From assembly GCF_003334385.1 (NCBI RefSeq), contig NZ_QOWN01000001.1: a stretch of 64,000 nucleotides of DNA. One strand, given 5' to 3'. The stretch's first letter is position 1, and every line of letters begins with the position of its first letter. A program made the position numbers and the translations under genes. The notes under the pieces are model-generated. The model ran no database searches, had not been told where the DNA came from, and saw only the letters and a program-made list of their open reading frames with translations. Source of the DNA: Escherichia coli (GTDB lineage Bacteria > Pseudomonadota > Gammaproteobacteria > Enterobacterales > Enterobacteriaceae). Below are positions 50,699 to 61,585 of the stretch, piece by piece.

Positions 50699-52353
50699 TA
50701 AGGAATCATCCACGTTAAGACATAAGCCTGAAGCGTGGTGATCACGCCCACTATACAGGTGAAGATCAGGCTGTGTTTGACAGTAAAGCGGAACAAATCA
50801 GACTCTTTGCCCACCAGGCCTACCGCCGCACAGGCGATAGCGATAGATTGCGGGGAGATCATCTTACCGGTGACGCCACCGGTGGTATTGGCGGCAACCA
50901 GCAACAGATCAGAGACGCCAATTTGTTGTGCTGCGGTGGCTTGCAGCGCGGCGAACAGGGCGTTAGATGAGGTATCCGACCCGGTCAGGAATACCCCCAG
51001 CCAGCCGAGGAACGGCGAGAAGAAGGTGAATGCATGACCGGTGTGCGCCAGTGCCAGCGCCAGTGTTGATGACAGTCCGGAATAGTTCGAAATAAAGGCG
51101 AATGCCAGCACCATACCGATGGAGTAGATGGGCAGAGCCAGTTCTTTCAGCGTGCTGCCGAAGGTGCTGATAGCGTCAGACGGTTTCATCTTCAGCCAGA
51201 CAATCGAGAGCAGTGCAGCAAACAGAATGGCGGTGCCGGTGGCAGAGAACCAGTCAAACTTAAACACGGCGGCATAGGCTGTAGCCTCGCTGACCACTGG
51301 CGGCATACGGGCAACCAGTTTATCGAGGTACGGCACCGGAATATTGATCACCCACTCATACAGCGCGCCACCCGATGCGAACAGGGCTTTAAACGGCGGG
51401 ATACTCCACAGTGTTACGGTAGCTGTCAGGAACAGGAACGGTGTCCAGGCACGTAACACCTGACCCGCAGTGTAACTGGTGTGGGCCAGCGTCATATCAA
51501 CCTGTGACGCCCCCAAATCACCAAAACGGAATACACGCACTGGCTGCCAGCGTTTGAGGAACAGCGTCAGGCAGAGCAGTGATACCAGCGAAGAGATAAT
51601 GTCCGGCAGCTCCGGCCCAATGAAGTTAGAGCTAAGGTACTGAGCGATGGCAAACGAGCCGCCCGCAACCACGACCGCAGGCCACGTCTCTTTGATACCG
51701 CGCCAGCCGTCCATAATCGCCATGATCCAGAACAGCACGATAATGGTCATAAACGGTAGCTGCCGCCCCACCATCTGACCAATCTCAAAGCTGTCGATAC
51801 CTGTTACCTGTCCGGCAACCAGGATTGGAATGCCCATCGCACCAAATGCCACTGGCGCGGTGTTAACAATCAGGCACAGCCCGGCGGCGTACAGCGGTTT
51901 AAAACCCAGGCCGACCAGCAATGCGGCGGTAATTGCTACCGGTGCGCCAAAGCCTGCGGCTCCTTCAAGGAACGCGCCGAAACAGAAACCGACGATCAGC
52001 ATTTGCAGACGCTGGTCAGGGGTTATCGAAAGAATAGACGAGCGAATGATGTCAAACTGCCCGGTTTTCACCGAGATCTTATAGACGAACACCGCTGCAA
52101 TAATGATCCACGCGATGGGCCACAACCCGTAGAAGAAACCATAAACCACCGAGGCCAGCGCGTTAGCGACCGGCATTTTATAGAACAGCAAAGCCACGGC
52201 AAGGGCGATTGCCACCGTCCACGAGGCGGCGACGTATCCTTTCAGTTTGAGCTTAATCAGCGCAAAGAAGAAAAACAGGATGGGAAGCGATGCTATCAGA
52301 CTGGAAAGCCAGATATTCCCGGCGGGATCGTAGTTTTGTTGCCAGAGATTCAT
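50698..52353 (-). CDS. lldP: L-lactate permease
   Basis: ORF track frame 50698..52380; start at [18 protein letters not shown] (551 aa). Confidence 0.94.
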   Translation of the reverse strand: MNLWQQNYDPAGNIWLSSLIASLPILFFFFALIKLKLKGYVAASWTVAIALAVALLFYKMPVANALASVVYGFFYGLWPIAWIIIAAVFVYKISVKTGQFDIIRSSILSITPDQRLQMLIVGFCFGAFLEGAAGFGAPVAITAALLVGLGFKPLYAAGLCLIVNTAPVAFGAMGIPILVAGQVTGIDSFEIGQMVGRQLPFMTIIVLFWIMAIMDGWRGIKETWPAVVVAGGSFAIAQYLSSNFIGPELPDIISSLVSLLCLTLFLKRWQPVRVFRFGDLGASQVDMTLAHTSYTAGQVLRAWTPFLFLTATVTLWSIPPFKALFASGGALYEWVINIPVPYLDKLVARMPPVVSEATAYAAVFKFDWFSATGTAILFAALLSIVWLKMKPSDAISTFGSTLKELALPIYSIGMVLAFAFISNYSGLSSTLALALAHTGHAFTFFSPFLGWLGVFLTGSDTSSNALFAALQATAAQQIGVSDLLLVAANTTGGVTGKMISPQSIAIACAAVGLVGKESDLFRFTVKHSLIFTCIVGVITTLQAYVLTWMIP

Positions 52354-52643
52354 TGCAGGTCTCCTGGAGTCCACGCACATCGTGTAATGAGTCTGTTGCT
52401 CATCTCCTTGTCACACGTTGTGTAAAAGTGGCACTGCCAATTGTGTTGTGTAGGGATAATGACAATGAATGGTTAACTAAATGTTATGTATTGGCAACAT
52501 TGATGTGAGTTTTAATTGGGAAATTGTGAACCAGAGGTCAGATAAGCGAAGAATTGGTAGGGCCAATTCTTGTGGGGGGAGATGTCTGGTAAAGAAAAGG
52601 GCAATCCTCATCAGAGAATTGCCCTTAGGTTGTTGATCCAGAG

Positions 52644-52690
52644 CGCCTTATCTTGCCGGATGCGGCGTGAACACCTTACTCGGCCTATAG
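52644..52690. repeat. REP element downstream of yibL
   Basis: TTGCCGGATGCGGCGTGAACACCTTACTCGGCCTATAGG resembles the REP consensus. Confidence 0.6.
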
Positions 52691-52724
52691 GAATGTGCAG
52701 AATCACCCTGTAGATACTGTGTTC

Positions 52725-53087
52725 TTAAAACGCGGTCTTTGAAAACCCAGTCATCTCCTGCAGGCCCATTTCGCGGCCCAGTGCGGTCATTGGGTGCACA
52801 ACGACCAGTCCGCGAACACTTTTCTTCAGCTTGCCCATATCAGCCTGCTCTTTTTTGGTAATTGCGCGCTGGAATGGCATCTTCATCAGCTTCTGTGCTT
52901 CTTTACTCAGTTTTTGGCTATGAACTTCACGCAGGCGAGCAATTTCTGCTTCCAGCGTGGCTTTCTCTTTTTCCAGCTCGGCATATTTGTCTGCGGCTTC
53001 AACCAGCGAAAGATCGGCCTGCTGGTGGCGGATGGCGTCCAGGCGATCGCTGAGACGTTTGATTTCGTTTTTTTCGACTTCTTTCAT
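52725..53087 (-). CDS. yibL: Uncharacterised protein YibL
   Basis: 120-aa ORF, charged and helical; position and size fit K-12 yibL. Confidence 0.85.
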
Positions 53088-53371
53088 GTGATGGCTTCTG
53101 ATAAAGATAAATTTATAGCCCCTAGTATGCGCGACCAGGTGCTTTGTTCACAACTAATGACATTGTAATAGTTCTGTAACGTAATCATTAACATGCTCAA
53201 AAACTACGCAATTCGTTGATTAATTAAGAAATCTATAGAAAAAAGATAATAAACAGCAGCGGATGATTATTGAGGATTCAGCACGTTTTCCTTAATGTCA
53301 TCTTTACCGGGAACCTAAACTAAAATTGGCGGCCGCGCATTCCCGGCGCGGGGTAATACGGAGATATCATC

Positions 53372-53581
53372 ATGGGCAAATTAGGTGAAAACGTTCCGCT
53401 TCTTATCGATAAAGCCGTAGATTTCATGGCATCAAGCCAGGCGTTCCGGGAGTATCTGAAAAAACTTCCTCCCCGTAACGCGATTCCGTCCGGAATACCC
53501 GATGAAAGCGTGCCGTTATATCTACAACGTCTGGAGTATTATCGTCGGCTTTATCGGCCGAAGCAGGTAGAGGGGCAGTAA
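53372..53581 (+). CDS. yibT: Small uncharacterised protein (69 aa), probable YibT
   Basis: 69-aa [34 protein letters not shown]... between yibL and mtlR; symbol from recollection. Confidence 0.65.
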
Positions 53582-53592
53582 GCAGACGTTGC

Positions 53593-54180
53593 TTACTTTT
53601 GAAAGGCTTTTTTTAAGCTGATTTTGGAAATCAGCTCAGTCAGTGAAAGGACCATTGTTGATCGCACAGCCTGTTGATAGCGCTGAATTTGCATTGCATA
53701 CAAACTGGAGTCTGCTGGTTCAAACTGTGGCGGCGGTGGTAACGCCGCCACGCAGTGCAGTTCACCAAAGGGTCCAAGGATTTCGTCGTCGGTAAAGGCG
53801 TACTCGTTGCCGTCGTGATTTAGCTCTTCACGCAATGCCATCAGCAGTTCCGCATCTTCGTATTCCTGGCGGTTAATGACGCCCAACCCGTAAATGAGTT
53901 TTAAACGCACAGAAAGATCGCCCAGCGGACCATCGCCGTCGAGTAACGGTTCTACAGCATACTTCACCGCGTAATCGTCTTTGCGGAATACCTGAAGCAC
54001 CAGAAGATTTACCGCCTCGGTCAGGAGCTCGACGGCGGTGATCAGAAAGCTTCGCACGGTTTTGCCAGCATTCAGACGCTCAAGCACACGGTTTTCAAAG
54101 GCCTGGGTTTGTTCCATTGTTGCCTGCATATCTGACAATCTGTTATTCGGGCGCAGGGTGTCCTGCGCCTGGTCCACCAT
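53593..54180 (-). CDS. mtlR: Mannitol operon repressor
   Basis: 195-aa ORF; shares a base with mtlD stop. Confidence 0.93.
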   Translation of the reverse strand: MVDQAQDTLRPNNRLSDMQATMEQTQAFENRVLERLNAGKTVRSFLITAVELLTEAVNLLVLQVFRKDDYAVKYAVEPLLDGDGPLGDLSVRLKLIYGLGVINRQEYEDAELLMALREELNHDGNEYAFTDDEILGPFGELHCVAALPPPPQFEPADSSLYAMQIQRYQQAVRSTMVLSLTELISKISLKKAFQK

Positions 54181-55328
54181 TATTGCATTGCTTTATAAGC
54201 GGTTACCGCCTCGGATACAACCTCGCTGTTGGCATCAAGACCGGAAATCTGTGCCAGCGCCGCCTGCGGACCTTTGTCAGCGATCAGTGCTGCCAGTTCC
54301 TGAGCCTGCGGATCATCTTCACTGCGGAAGTGCATTGCAGCGGCAATACCTTCAATCAGGTTTTTATGTGGCAGACCATATTCCAGCGTACCGAGCAGTG
54401 GCTTGATCAGACGGTCGCCAGCACTCAGTTTACGCAGTGGCTGACGGCCTACGCGCTCTACATCATCTTTCAGATACGGGTTCTCAAAACGGCCGAGAAT
54501 TTTCTGGATGTACGCCGCATGCTTGTCAGCGTCAAAGCCGTAGCGCTTGATCAATACTGCACCACTTTCTTCCATCGCACCTTTTACCACCGCGCGGATT
54601 TTCTCGTCGAGAATCGCGTCACGAATGGTCTGATGACCGGCCAGTTTTCCGAGGTACGCGGTTATAGCATGACCCGTGTTCAGGGTGAAGAGTTTACGTT
54701 CGACAAATGCCATCAGGTTGTCGGTTAACTCCATGCCTGGGATGTTCGGCAGTGCGCCTTTGAACTGCGTTTTATCGACAATCCATTCGCTGAAGGTTTC
54801 TACCGTCACTTCCAGCGGATCGTTAGTTGCCGAAGCCGAAGGCGGTACGATGCGGTCAACGGCGGAATCGACAAAGCCAACGTGTTCTTCTACCCACGCT
54901 TTGGCGTCTTCCGGCAGGGCGTTCATCACATGGCCTTTCAGCTGCGTGGTACCGCGTACCATGTTTTCACAGGCGATGATGTTCAGCGGGGATTCATTAC
55001 CTTGTTCTTTACGTTTCACCAGCCCTTTGGCGATTGCCGGAGCAATACGTTCCAGCACAACCGGGCCAACGGCGGTAGTGACTAAATCAACCTGAGCAAT
55101 CAGATCAACGACATCATCACCAATGCTGCTGACAGCATTGACGCCGGAAACGGTATCTACCTGCTCGGTTTCACCAACCACATGTACCTGATAGCTATGA
55201 CGGGCATTCAGGGCATCAAGTACCACCTGATTGACATCGGCAAACGTCAGTTGGATACCCGCGTCTGCCAGCAGTTTACCGATAAAGCCACGACCGATAT
55301 TACCTGCGCCAAAATGTAATGCTTTCAT
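54180..55328 (-). CDS. mtlD: Mannitol-1-phosphate 5-dehydrogenase
   Basis: ORF track frame 54180..55646; start at [20 protein letters not shown] (382 aa). Confidence 0.96.
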   Translation of the reverse strand: MKALHFGAGNIGRGFIGKLLADAGIQLTFADVNQVVLDALNARHSYQVHVVGETEQVDTVSGVNAVSSIGDDVVDLIAQVDLVTTAVGPVVLERIAPAIAKGLVKRKEQGNESPLNIIACENMVRGTTQLKGHVMNALPEDAKAWVEEHVGFVDSAVDRIVPPSASATNDPLEVTVETFSEWIVDKTQFKGALPNIPGMELTDNLMAFVERKLFTLNTGHAITAYLGKLAGHQTIRDAILDEKIRAVVKGAMEESGAVLIKRYGFDADKHAAYIQKILGRFENPYLKDDVERVGRQPLRKLSAGDRLIKPLLGTLEYGLPHKNLIEGIAAAMHFRSEDDPQAQELAALIADKGPQAALAQISGLDANSEVVSEAVTAYKAMQ

Positions 55329-55355
55329 AGTATTAACCTTCATCAATGTTTTTAC

Positions 55356-55555
55356 CCGAGAGGGCTGGGGTGAGGCTTTTCCCTCACCCAAACCCTCTCC
55401 GTGAGGAGAGGGGCAGCGCCGGATGCGGCGTAAGCGCCTTATCCGGCCTACAAGAACGTGCAAATTCAACAAATTGTGATGCATCCTGTAGGCCTGATAA
55501 GCGTAGCGCATCAGGCAATTAACCCCACCTTCTCCATGTGGAGAGGGTGGGATTG
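55356..55555. repeat. BIME/REP cluster plus GC-rich palindromic units in the mtlA-mtlD intergenic region
   Basis: Two inverted REP units (GCCGGATGCGGCGTAAGCGCCTTATCCGGCCTACA at 55418-55452; TGTAGGCCTGATAAGCGTAGCGCATCAGGCA at 55494-55516) flanked by CCCTCTCCGTGAGGAGAGGG and CCACCTTCTCCATGTGGAGAGGGTGG palindromes. Confidence 0.7.
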
Positions 55556-55557
55556 GA

Positions 55558-57471
55558 TTACTTACGACCTGCCAGCAGTTCCAGCACTTCATCCACGCTG
55601 GTGGTGTGTGCCAGACGCTCGATGACGGACTCATCATCCAGTGCATTGGTCAGGCTGGTGATAACCTGAATGTGCTCGTTGTTACGGGCAGCAATACCAA
55701 TCACCAGACGGGCAATGTCATCTTCTTCTTCACCGAAGCGCACGCCTTCCGGGTACTGGCAGAACACGACGCCCGTTTTCAGTACGCGATCTTTCGCTTC
55801 AACCGTACCGTGTGGCACCGCGATAGACTCACCCAGATAAGTCGGGGTCAGTTTTTCACGATCCAGCATCGCCTGAACGTATTCCGGCTCAACGTAACCG
55901 CCTTTCACCAGCTGCTCGCCAGCAAAACGAATCGCTTCTTCTTTGGTTGCCGCTTTGCGACCGAGGAAGATGTTCTCCGCGCCTAGCTTGAACAGGTTAG
56001 CACTGGAATCGTCAAAGCTGTCTTTCAGGCTGTCTTTTACTTTCTCTTCGTTTGCCGTGTGGCGTTGGGCAGCAACCAGACGTTCGGTCAGGCTGGTGTA
56101 CAGGCCGCTGTCGAGGAAGTTGGTCAGCGAAATATGCTGTGCCTGCGGAACCTGGCGCATAGCGCGTTCGGTCAGGTCACGGTGAGTGATGACGAGGTCC
56201 ACATCTGGCGGCAGGTTGTTGATCGCGCTGTTAGTAACAGAAATCTGCGACAGACCTGCATCCTGAATTTTCTTACGCAGAACGCCTGCGCCCATCGCAC
56301 TGGAACCCATACCGGCGTCACAGGCAACGATGATTTTACGTACGTGGCTCAGGTCGTTAGTCACATCGCCAGCAGACAGCGGAGATGCGCCTTTAGACTC
56401 AGCTTTCATGTCCTGCATACGACGAGTTGCTGCTTCAATATCATCTTCTTCTTTCACTTTGCTGGTTTTCAGCAAAATAGCAGAGACAACGAAGGAGACA
56501 GCCATCGCCGCACACACACCCGCGATGTTAGCGAAGTAAGCACCTTTTGGTGTCATCGCCAGTACAGCAAGGATAGAACCCGGAGACGCCGGAGAAACCA
56601 GACCACCGCCCAGGATAGTCAGCGTGAACACGCCAGTCATACCGCCGAGGATGACTGCGAGGATCAGACGCGGATTCATCAGCACATACGGGAAGTAGAT
56701 TTCGTGGATACCCCCCAGGAAGTGGATGATTGCCGCACCGCCCGCAGACTGTTTAGCGCTACCACGACCAAAGAACATGTACGCCAGCAGCACGCCCATA
56801 CCTGGACCTGGGTTAGCTTCAATCAGGAAGAAGATTGATTTACCCAGTTCATGGGACTGCTGAATACCCAGCGGCGAGAAGATACCGTGGTTAATGGCGT
56901 TGTTGAGGAACAGGATTTTCGCCGGTTCAACAAAGATAGACGCCAGCGGCAGCATGTCATGGACAACCATGAAGTTAACGCCCGCAGCCAGCATTTTGGA
57001 CAGGGCTTCAACAATCGGGCCAATGCCGAGGAATGCCAGAATAGCGAGGATCATCCCGATGATGCCTGCGGAGAAGTTATTCACCAGCATCTCAAAACCG
57101 GATTTGATCTTACCGTCTACCCAGCGGTCGAAGTGCTTAATGCACCAGCCGCCCAGCGGACCTGCAATCATAGAACCGAGGAACATCGGCATGTCTGCGC
57201 CGACGATAACGCCCATGGTGGTGATGGCACCGACTACGCCGCCACGTTCGCCGCCTACCAGCTTACCACCGGTATAACCGATCAGCAGCGGCAGGAGATA
57301 AGTGATCATCGGCCCGACCAGCTTCGCCAGCGTCTCGTTCGGTAACCACCCTGTTGGAATAAATAACGCGGTGATGATACCCCACGCGATAAACGCGCCG
57401 ATATTTGGCATCACCATGTTGCTGAGGAAACGACCAAAGCTTTGCACTTTGATCTTAATATCGGATGACAT
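55558..57471 (-). CDS. mtlA: PTS mannitol-specific EIICBA component
   Basis: 637-aa ORF recognised as MtlA. Confidence 0.96.
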   Translation of the reverse strand: MSSDIKIKVQSFGRFLSNMVMPNIGAFIAWGIITALFIPTGWLPNETLAKLVGPMITYLLPLLIGYTGGKLVGGERGGVVGAITTMGVIVGADMPMFLGSMIAGPLGGWCIKHFDRWVDGKIKSGFEMLVNNFSAGIIGMILAILAFLGIGPIVEALSKMLAAGVNFMVVHDMLPLASIFVEPAKILFLNNAINHGIFSPLGIQQSHELGKSIFFLIEANPGPGMGVLLAYMFFGRGSAKQSAGGAAIIHFLGGIHEIYFPYVLMNPRLILAVILGGMTGVFTLTILGGGLVSPASPGSILAVLAMTPKGAYFANIAGVCAAMAVSFVVSAILLKTSKVKEEDDIEAATRRMQDMKAESKGASPLSAGDVTNDLSHVRKIIVACDAGMGSSAMGAGVLRKKIQDAGLSQISVTNSAINNLPPDVDLVITHRDLTERAMRQVPQAQHISLTNFLDSGLYTSLTERLVAAQRHTANEEKVKDSLKDSFDDSSANLFKLGAENIFLGRKAATKEEAIRFAGEQLVKGGYVEPEYVQAMLDREKLTPTYLGESIAVPHGTVEAKDRVLKTGVVFCQYPEGVRFGEEEDDIARLVIGIAARNNEHIQVITSLTNALDDESVIERLAHTTSVDEVLELLAGRK

Positions 57472-57614
57472 AAAAACACCCCTTCTTATGTTTGCTGTCG
57501 CGCAGGCTGGAAGCCCGAGGTTTTTTGTTAATGTGGCGGCAGAGGTAGCCGGACCTTGTAGATACTGCGAAATCTGGCACTGAATCGGTTAACTGTCCAG
57601 TCGACGGCCTTTTG

Positions 57615-57791
57615 TGTGATATCAATCACATAAATATAGGGGGTAGAGAGGTAATTGACGTGACGTTCATCACAAAACGCTTGTGTAAAAAAGCAACAAG
57701 GCGGCGATTTTCGCTAAAAATGGCATTTAAATGTGAGTAGTGTCACATTTTTGTTTTGATGGTTTGTTGAATCTTTGTGATCTGAATCACA
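57615..57791. promoter_or_regulatory. Cluster of CRP-type palindromes in the long mtlA upstream region
   Basis: TGTGA-N6-TCACA matches at 57615-57630 (perfect), 57659-57674 (CGTGA...TCACA), 57732-57747 and 57776-57791. Confidence 0.65.
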
Positions 57792-58007
57792 AGATATTTT
57801 CTTACGGCGTTCACCTGATGTGATCTACAGCATGTTATGCCTTCGTCATACAATCGTTATGTAACTAAGCAACTCATCACCTCTAAAAATTATTCTTTGG
57901 TGTTATGGCGAGAATCGCGAACCCGGATTATTGTCAAAATATCAGCCTGACTCCCTTCTGGCTGCCAGCCCAAAAACAACACTGATAAACGTGAATCCGA
58001 GGCAGAT

Positions 58008-58370
58008 ATGTTTCTAAACTATTTCGCGTTGGGAGTGCTGATCTTCGTCTTTCTGGTGATTTTTTATGGAATCATCGCGATACATGACATCCCTTATCTG
58101 ATTGCCAAAAAGCGCAACCATCCCCATGCCGACGCTATTCATACGGCGGGCTGGGTGAGCCTGTTTACTCTGCATGTTATCTGGCCGTTTCTGTGGATCT
58201 GGGCGACGCTCTATCAACCGGAGCGTGGCTGGGGTATGCAGTCACATGTTGCGTCGCAGGAGAAAGCGACTGACCCGGAAATCGCCGCACTTTCTGACCG
58301 AATTTCCCGGCTGGAGCATCAACTCGCCGCCGAGAAAAAGACTGACTATTCCACGTTCCCGGAGATCTAA
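58008..58370 (+). CDS. yibI: Small inner membrane protein YibI
   Basis: 120-aa ORF with two hydrophobic segments. Confidence 0.85.
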   Translation: MFLNYFALGVLIFVFLVIFYGIIAIHDIPYLIAKKRNHPHADAIHTAGWVSLFTLHVIWPFLWIWATLYQPERGWGMQSHVASQEKATDPEIAALSDRISRLEHQLAAEKKTDYSTFPEI

Positions 58371-58372
58371 TT

Positions 58373-59509
58373 ATGGATCTATTGATTGTTTTAACTTACG
58401 TGGCGCTGGCGTGGGCGGTCTTTAAAATCTTCCGCATTCCGGTAAATCAGTGGACGCTGGCGACGGCGGCGCTGGGAGGCGTGTTTCTGGTGAGTGGTTT
58501 GATTTTGTTGATGAACTACAACCACCCTTACACTTTTACCGCGCAAAAGGCAGTGATAGCGATCCCTATCACGCCACAGGTGACGGGAATTGTTACTGAA
58601 GTCACTGACAAGAATAATCAGCTTATTCAAAAGGGCGAGGTGCTTTTTAAGCTCGACCCGGTTCGTTACCAGGCGCGAGTTGACAGACTTCAGGCTGACC
58701 TGATGACGGCGACGCATAATATAAAGACGCTGCGTGCGCAGCTCACTGAAGCGCAGGCCAACACCACCCAGGTTTCAGCGGAGCGCGACCGTCTGTTTAA
58801 AAATTATCAACGTTACTTGAAAGGCAGCCAGGCGGCGGTGAATCCGTTCTCGGAACGTGACATCGACGATGCGCGGCAAAATTTCCTCGCGCAGGATGCG
58901 CTGGTGAAAGGCTCGGTGGCGGAGCAGGCGCAGATCCAGAGCCAGCTCGACAGTATGGTTAACGGCGAGCAATCGCAGATTGTGAGCTTAAGAGCGCAAC
59001 TTACTGAAGCAAAATATAACCTTGAGCAGACTGTCATTCGCGCGCCGAGCAATGGCTACGTTACTCAGGTACTGATCCGCCCAGGTACATACGCAGCTGC
59101 CTTGCCGCTGCGTCCGGTGATGGTCTTCATCCCCGAGCAAAAACGGCAAATTGTCGCCCAATTTCGGCAAAACTCGCTGTTACGTCTGAAACCCGGCGAT
59201 GATGCGGAAGTGGTGTTTAACGCGCTACCTGGGCAGGTGTTTCACGGCAAACTGACTAGTATTTTACCTGTCGTGCCAGGCGGTTCTTATCAGGCGCAGG
59301 GGGTATTGCAATCATTAACGGTCGTGCCCGGCACGGACGGTGTGCTGGGAACCATTGAACTGGACCCTAACGATGATATCGATGCCTTACCCGACGGCAT
59401 CTACGCCCAGGTGGCGGTTTACTCCGACCATTTCAGCCATGTTTCGGTGATGCGGAAAGTGCTGCTAAGAATGACCAGCTGGATGCATTATCTTTATTTG
59501 GATCATTGA
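58373..59509 (+). CDS. yibH: HlyD-family membrane fusion protein YibH
   Basis: 378-aa ORF with N-terminal TM segment and coiled-coil; start 3 bp after yibI stop. Confidence 0.88.
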   Translation: MDLLIVLTYVALAWAVFKIFRIPVNQWTLATAALGGVFLVSGLILLMNYNHPYTFTAQKAVIAIPITPQVTGIVTEVTDKNNQLIQKGEVLFKLDPVRYQARVDRLQADLMTATHNIKTLRAQLTEAQANTTQVSAERDRLFKNYQRYLKGSQAAVNPFSERDIDDARQNFLAQDALVKGSVAEQAQIQSQLDSMVNGEQSQIVSLRAQLTEAKYNLEQTVIRAPSNGYVTQVLIRPGTYAAALPLRPVMVFIPEQKRQIVAQFRQNSLLRLKPGDDAEVVFNALPGQVFHGKLTSILPVVPGGSYQAQGVLQSLTVVPGTDGVLGTIELDPNDDIDALPDGIYAQVAVYSDHFSHVSVMRKVLLRMTSWMHYLYLDH

Positions 59510-59968
59510 GGGGGAGGGGGGAGATTATGGAACTTTGCTCCTTGTAAGGACTAATTATTTTTGCATATTACTTCATTAGCTGCGATGATTTTTCTTTAAT
59601 ATTCATTATGTTAATAAGTTCTGGATGAGTGTGCTCTCATTGGATTTTTTATCCGTCTTGTTCTGCCGCAGGATGAGACTATACATCGTCGAGATCGCAA
59701 TGATGATATGAGTTGTTCCTCCTGCGACGGCTCTAATCAAAAAAGAGCAGGAGTGCTTTTCCATCTATTGCGATGATGGCTTTATTATCTGAAGGATGAC
59801 AGTCACATTTAAAAAATATTTAATCTATAGATCACAATGTAGGGTCATGGAATATATGTATACAACTATTTTCTTCTTCACTTTTAATTATCGTATTCAT
59901 TATAAAACTAAGTTAAAAAAACTCCTGGAGAGTGAGTTATTAATATATTTTTAAATAAAATTAAGTTA

Positions 59969-60406
59969 TCATTCATCGATGCACTTTATAGAATCATCAA
60001 TGGCCATAATAGTACTATTAACTCTCAATTTTATATTTTTATCATCACTACAAATATTAACTGAATTTATATCAATGATTTTTTTATTCTTATCTTTTAT
60101 TTTATTTACTGTTTCAATGCAATCAGCGGCAAGTTGGAGTGGATTTAGATTTTTCAGATATGGTCTTATGATCTTTCCCTTACTTAATAAATAGCATGTA
60201 TAGGATTCGGAAAGTCCAGCATCTATTTTGTACCTCATTATATTAGATAAGGATGTGAGAAATTCCTTGTTATCATTCGCAGCCATATATGCCAGTCCGA
60301 GTTCAGCCTCTGCGGCCTTACAGGCAAAATAGCTTAGTGAACACGCTTTTCGTCCCTCTTTAGTACTGGCTGATATTAGTGCCCATAATATTGCTTTGTC
60401 TGCCAA
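59969..60406 (-). CDS. Hypothetical protein, candidate immunity partner of the decayed third Rhs C-terminal cassette
   Basis: 145-aa frame with TTG start and no in-frame ATG upstream; AT-rich; sits directly downstream of the decayed toxin remnant. Confidence 0.4.
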   Translation of the reverse strand: MADKAILWALISASTKEGRKACSLSYFACKAAEAELGLAYMAANDNKEFLTSLSNIMRYKIDAGLSESYTCYLLSKGKIIRPYLKNLNPLQLAADCIETVNKIKDKNKKIIDINSVNICSDDKNIKLRVNSTIMAIDDSIKCIDE

Positions 60407-60494
60407 ATCTAACTCTCTCTGAAATTGTCTTGCAGTAACTGCACTCGCAGAAATAGAGAAAAAAATACAATTGTTAATAACCTTGCCATATTTT

Positions 60495-61110
60495 TTAGTC
60501 CGTAACTGTTAATGTGCTATCTGGCTCTGAAAATATTAACTCATTTAATTTTTGCATGTCATTAGATAAACCAGTTATACAACCCTCGGAACAGAATCGA
60601 GGTCCTAAAGACGGACCAAAAGCGTTTAAACAACTATGTATTGAAAATCCATTGCGATTATAAGTTCCTGTATTAACTGACGGTACTAATCGTATGCCGT
60701 CAGGTTTTCTATTGCTTGCTCCCGGGTCATTAACATTCCAACTCCATAGGCCTTGAGGTATTGGCCATCTATTTATAAATGTGTACAACGGGGATTATTT
60801 TTACATTGCATATTATTACCAGAAGCGACTGGAATACTAAGCACATCATAAAAATTATCATCACATGGTATATCTGAAACACACGAAAGCATACCTAAAG
60901 TTATGCTGTATAAACAGGTGGCTAATCCCAAGGGGATCGATTCCAGAAATCGGGTTCAACGGATACTGATAAAAATTCCACCTACCTTCCAGCCCAATCG
61001 GAGCCTGAGTGTTATACCGCCCCTGCTGCGGTTAATGTTACCGATAATAGTTATAGTACAGCCCTGATTCATCATCATACTACTGCTGCGGCAGTCTGAT
61101 GAACTATTGC
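60495..61110 (-). pseudogene. Decayed orphan Rhs core-end plus C-terminal toxin remnant
   Basis: My translation of 60951-61110 gives [45 protein letters not shown], a stop-interrupted copy of the Rhs core end; followed by a 97-aa TTG-start frame at 60495..60788. Confidence 0.6.
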
Positions 61111-61112
61111 TT

Positions 61113-61574
61113 TTACGGATTCTCCTTATTCTTCCTTCTATCCATTCGCTTTAGCTTTTTGAGCTCTTGAAGTTTGCTCTTTGCATCAATATTACCGTTA
61201 TTTACAGCGAATTCCATCCAATAAATAGCTCTATTCAAATTATAATATTCTGATAATGTTGGATTTGTATCTGATAAAAAGACCCCATAATTAAACTGCG
61301 CTGTAACATTCCCCTGAGATGCTGATCTTTCCAAGAATCGCAATTGTTTGTAAATGTTATTTTTAGTAAAGCAGTAATATTGATATAGTCGAAATGATGC
61401 CTCTGAATCACCATGTTGTGATTTATACTTCAGTTTCATCAACTTTTCTTCACTTAAATCATAGGTCATTGCTGTAGACCCCATCATACTTTCGTTTTGT
61501 TTTATTTTCACATCAGCACCATGCAATTGACAAATAAAAGAGAAATAAAAAAATAGTAACAAGCATGCTTTCAT
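61113..61574 (-). CDS. yibG: Sel1/TPR-like repeat protein with signal peptide; putative immunity protein for the YibJ toxin domain
   Basis: 153-aa ORF, ATG start 12 bp after the yibJ stop; N-terminus MKACLLLFFYFSFICQLHGA is signal-peptide-like; Sel1-like repeats. Confidence 0.8.
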   Translation of the reverse strand: MKACLLLFFYFSFICQLHGADVKIKQNESMMGSTAMTYDLSEEKLMKLKYKSQHGDSEASFRLYQYYCFTKNNIYKQLRFLERSASQGNVTAQFNYGVFLSDTNPTLSEYYNLNRAIYWMEFAVNNGNIDAKSKLQELKKLKRMDRRKNKENP

Positions 61575-61585
61575 ACATCTACAAC

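Noticed and set aside
56059-56838. 259-aa plus-strand ORF antisense to mtlA
   Set aside because: Embedded in mtlA on the opposite strand; translation is Arg/His/Thr-rich with no recognisable features.
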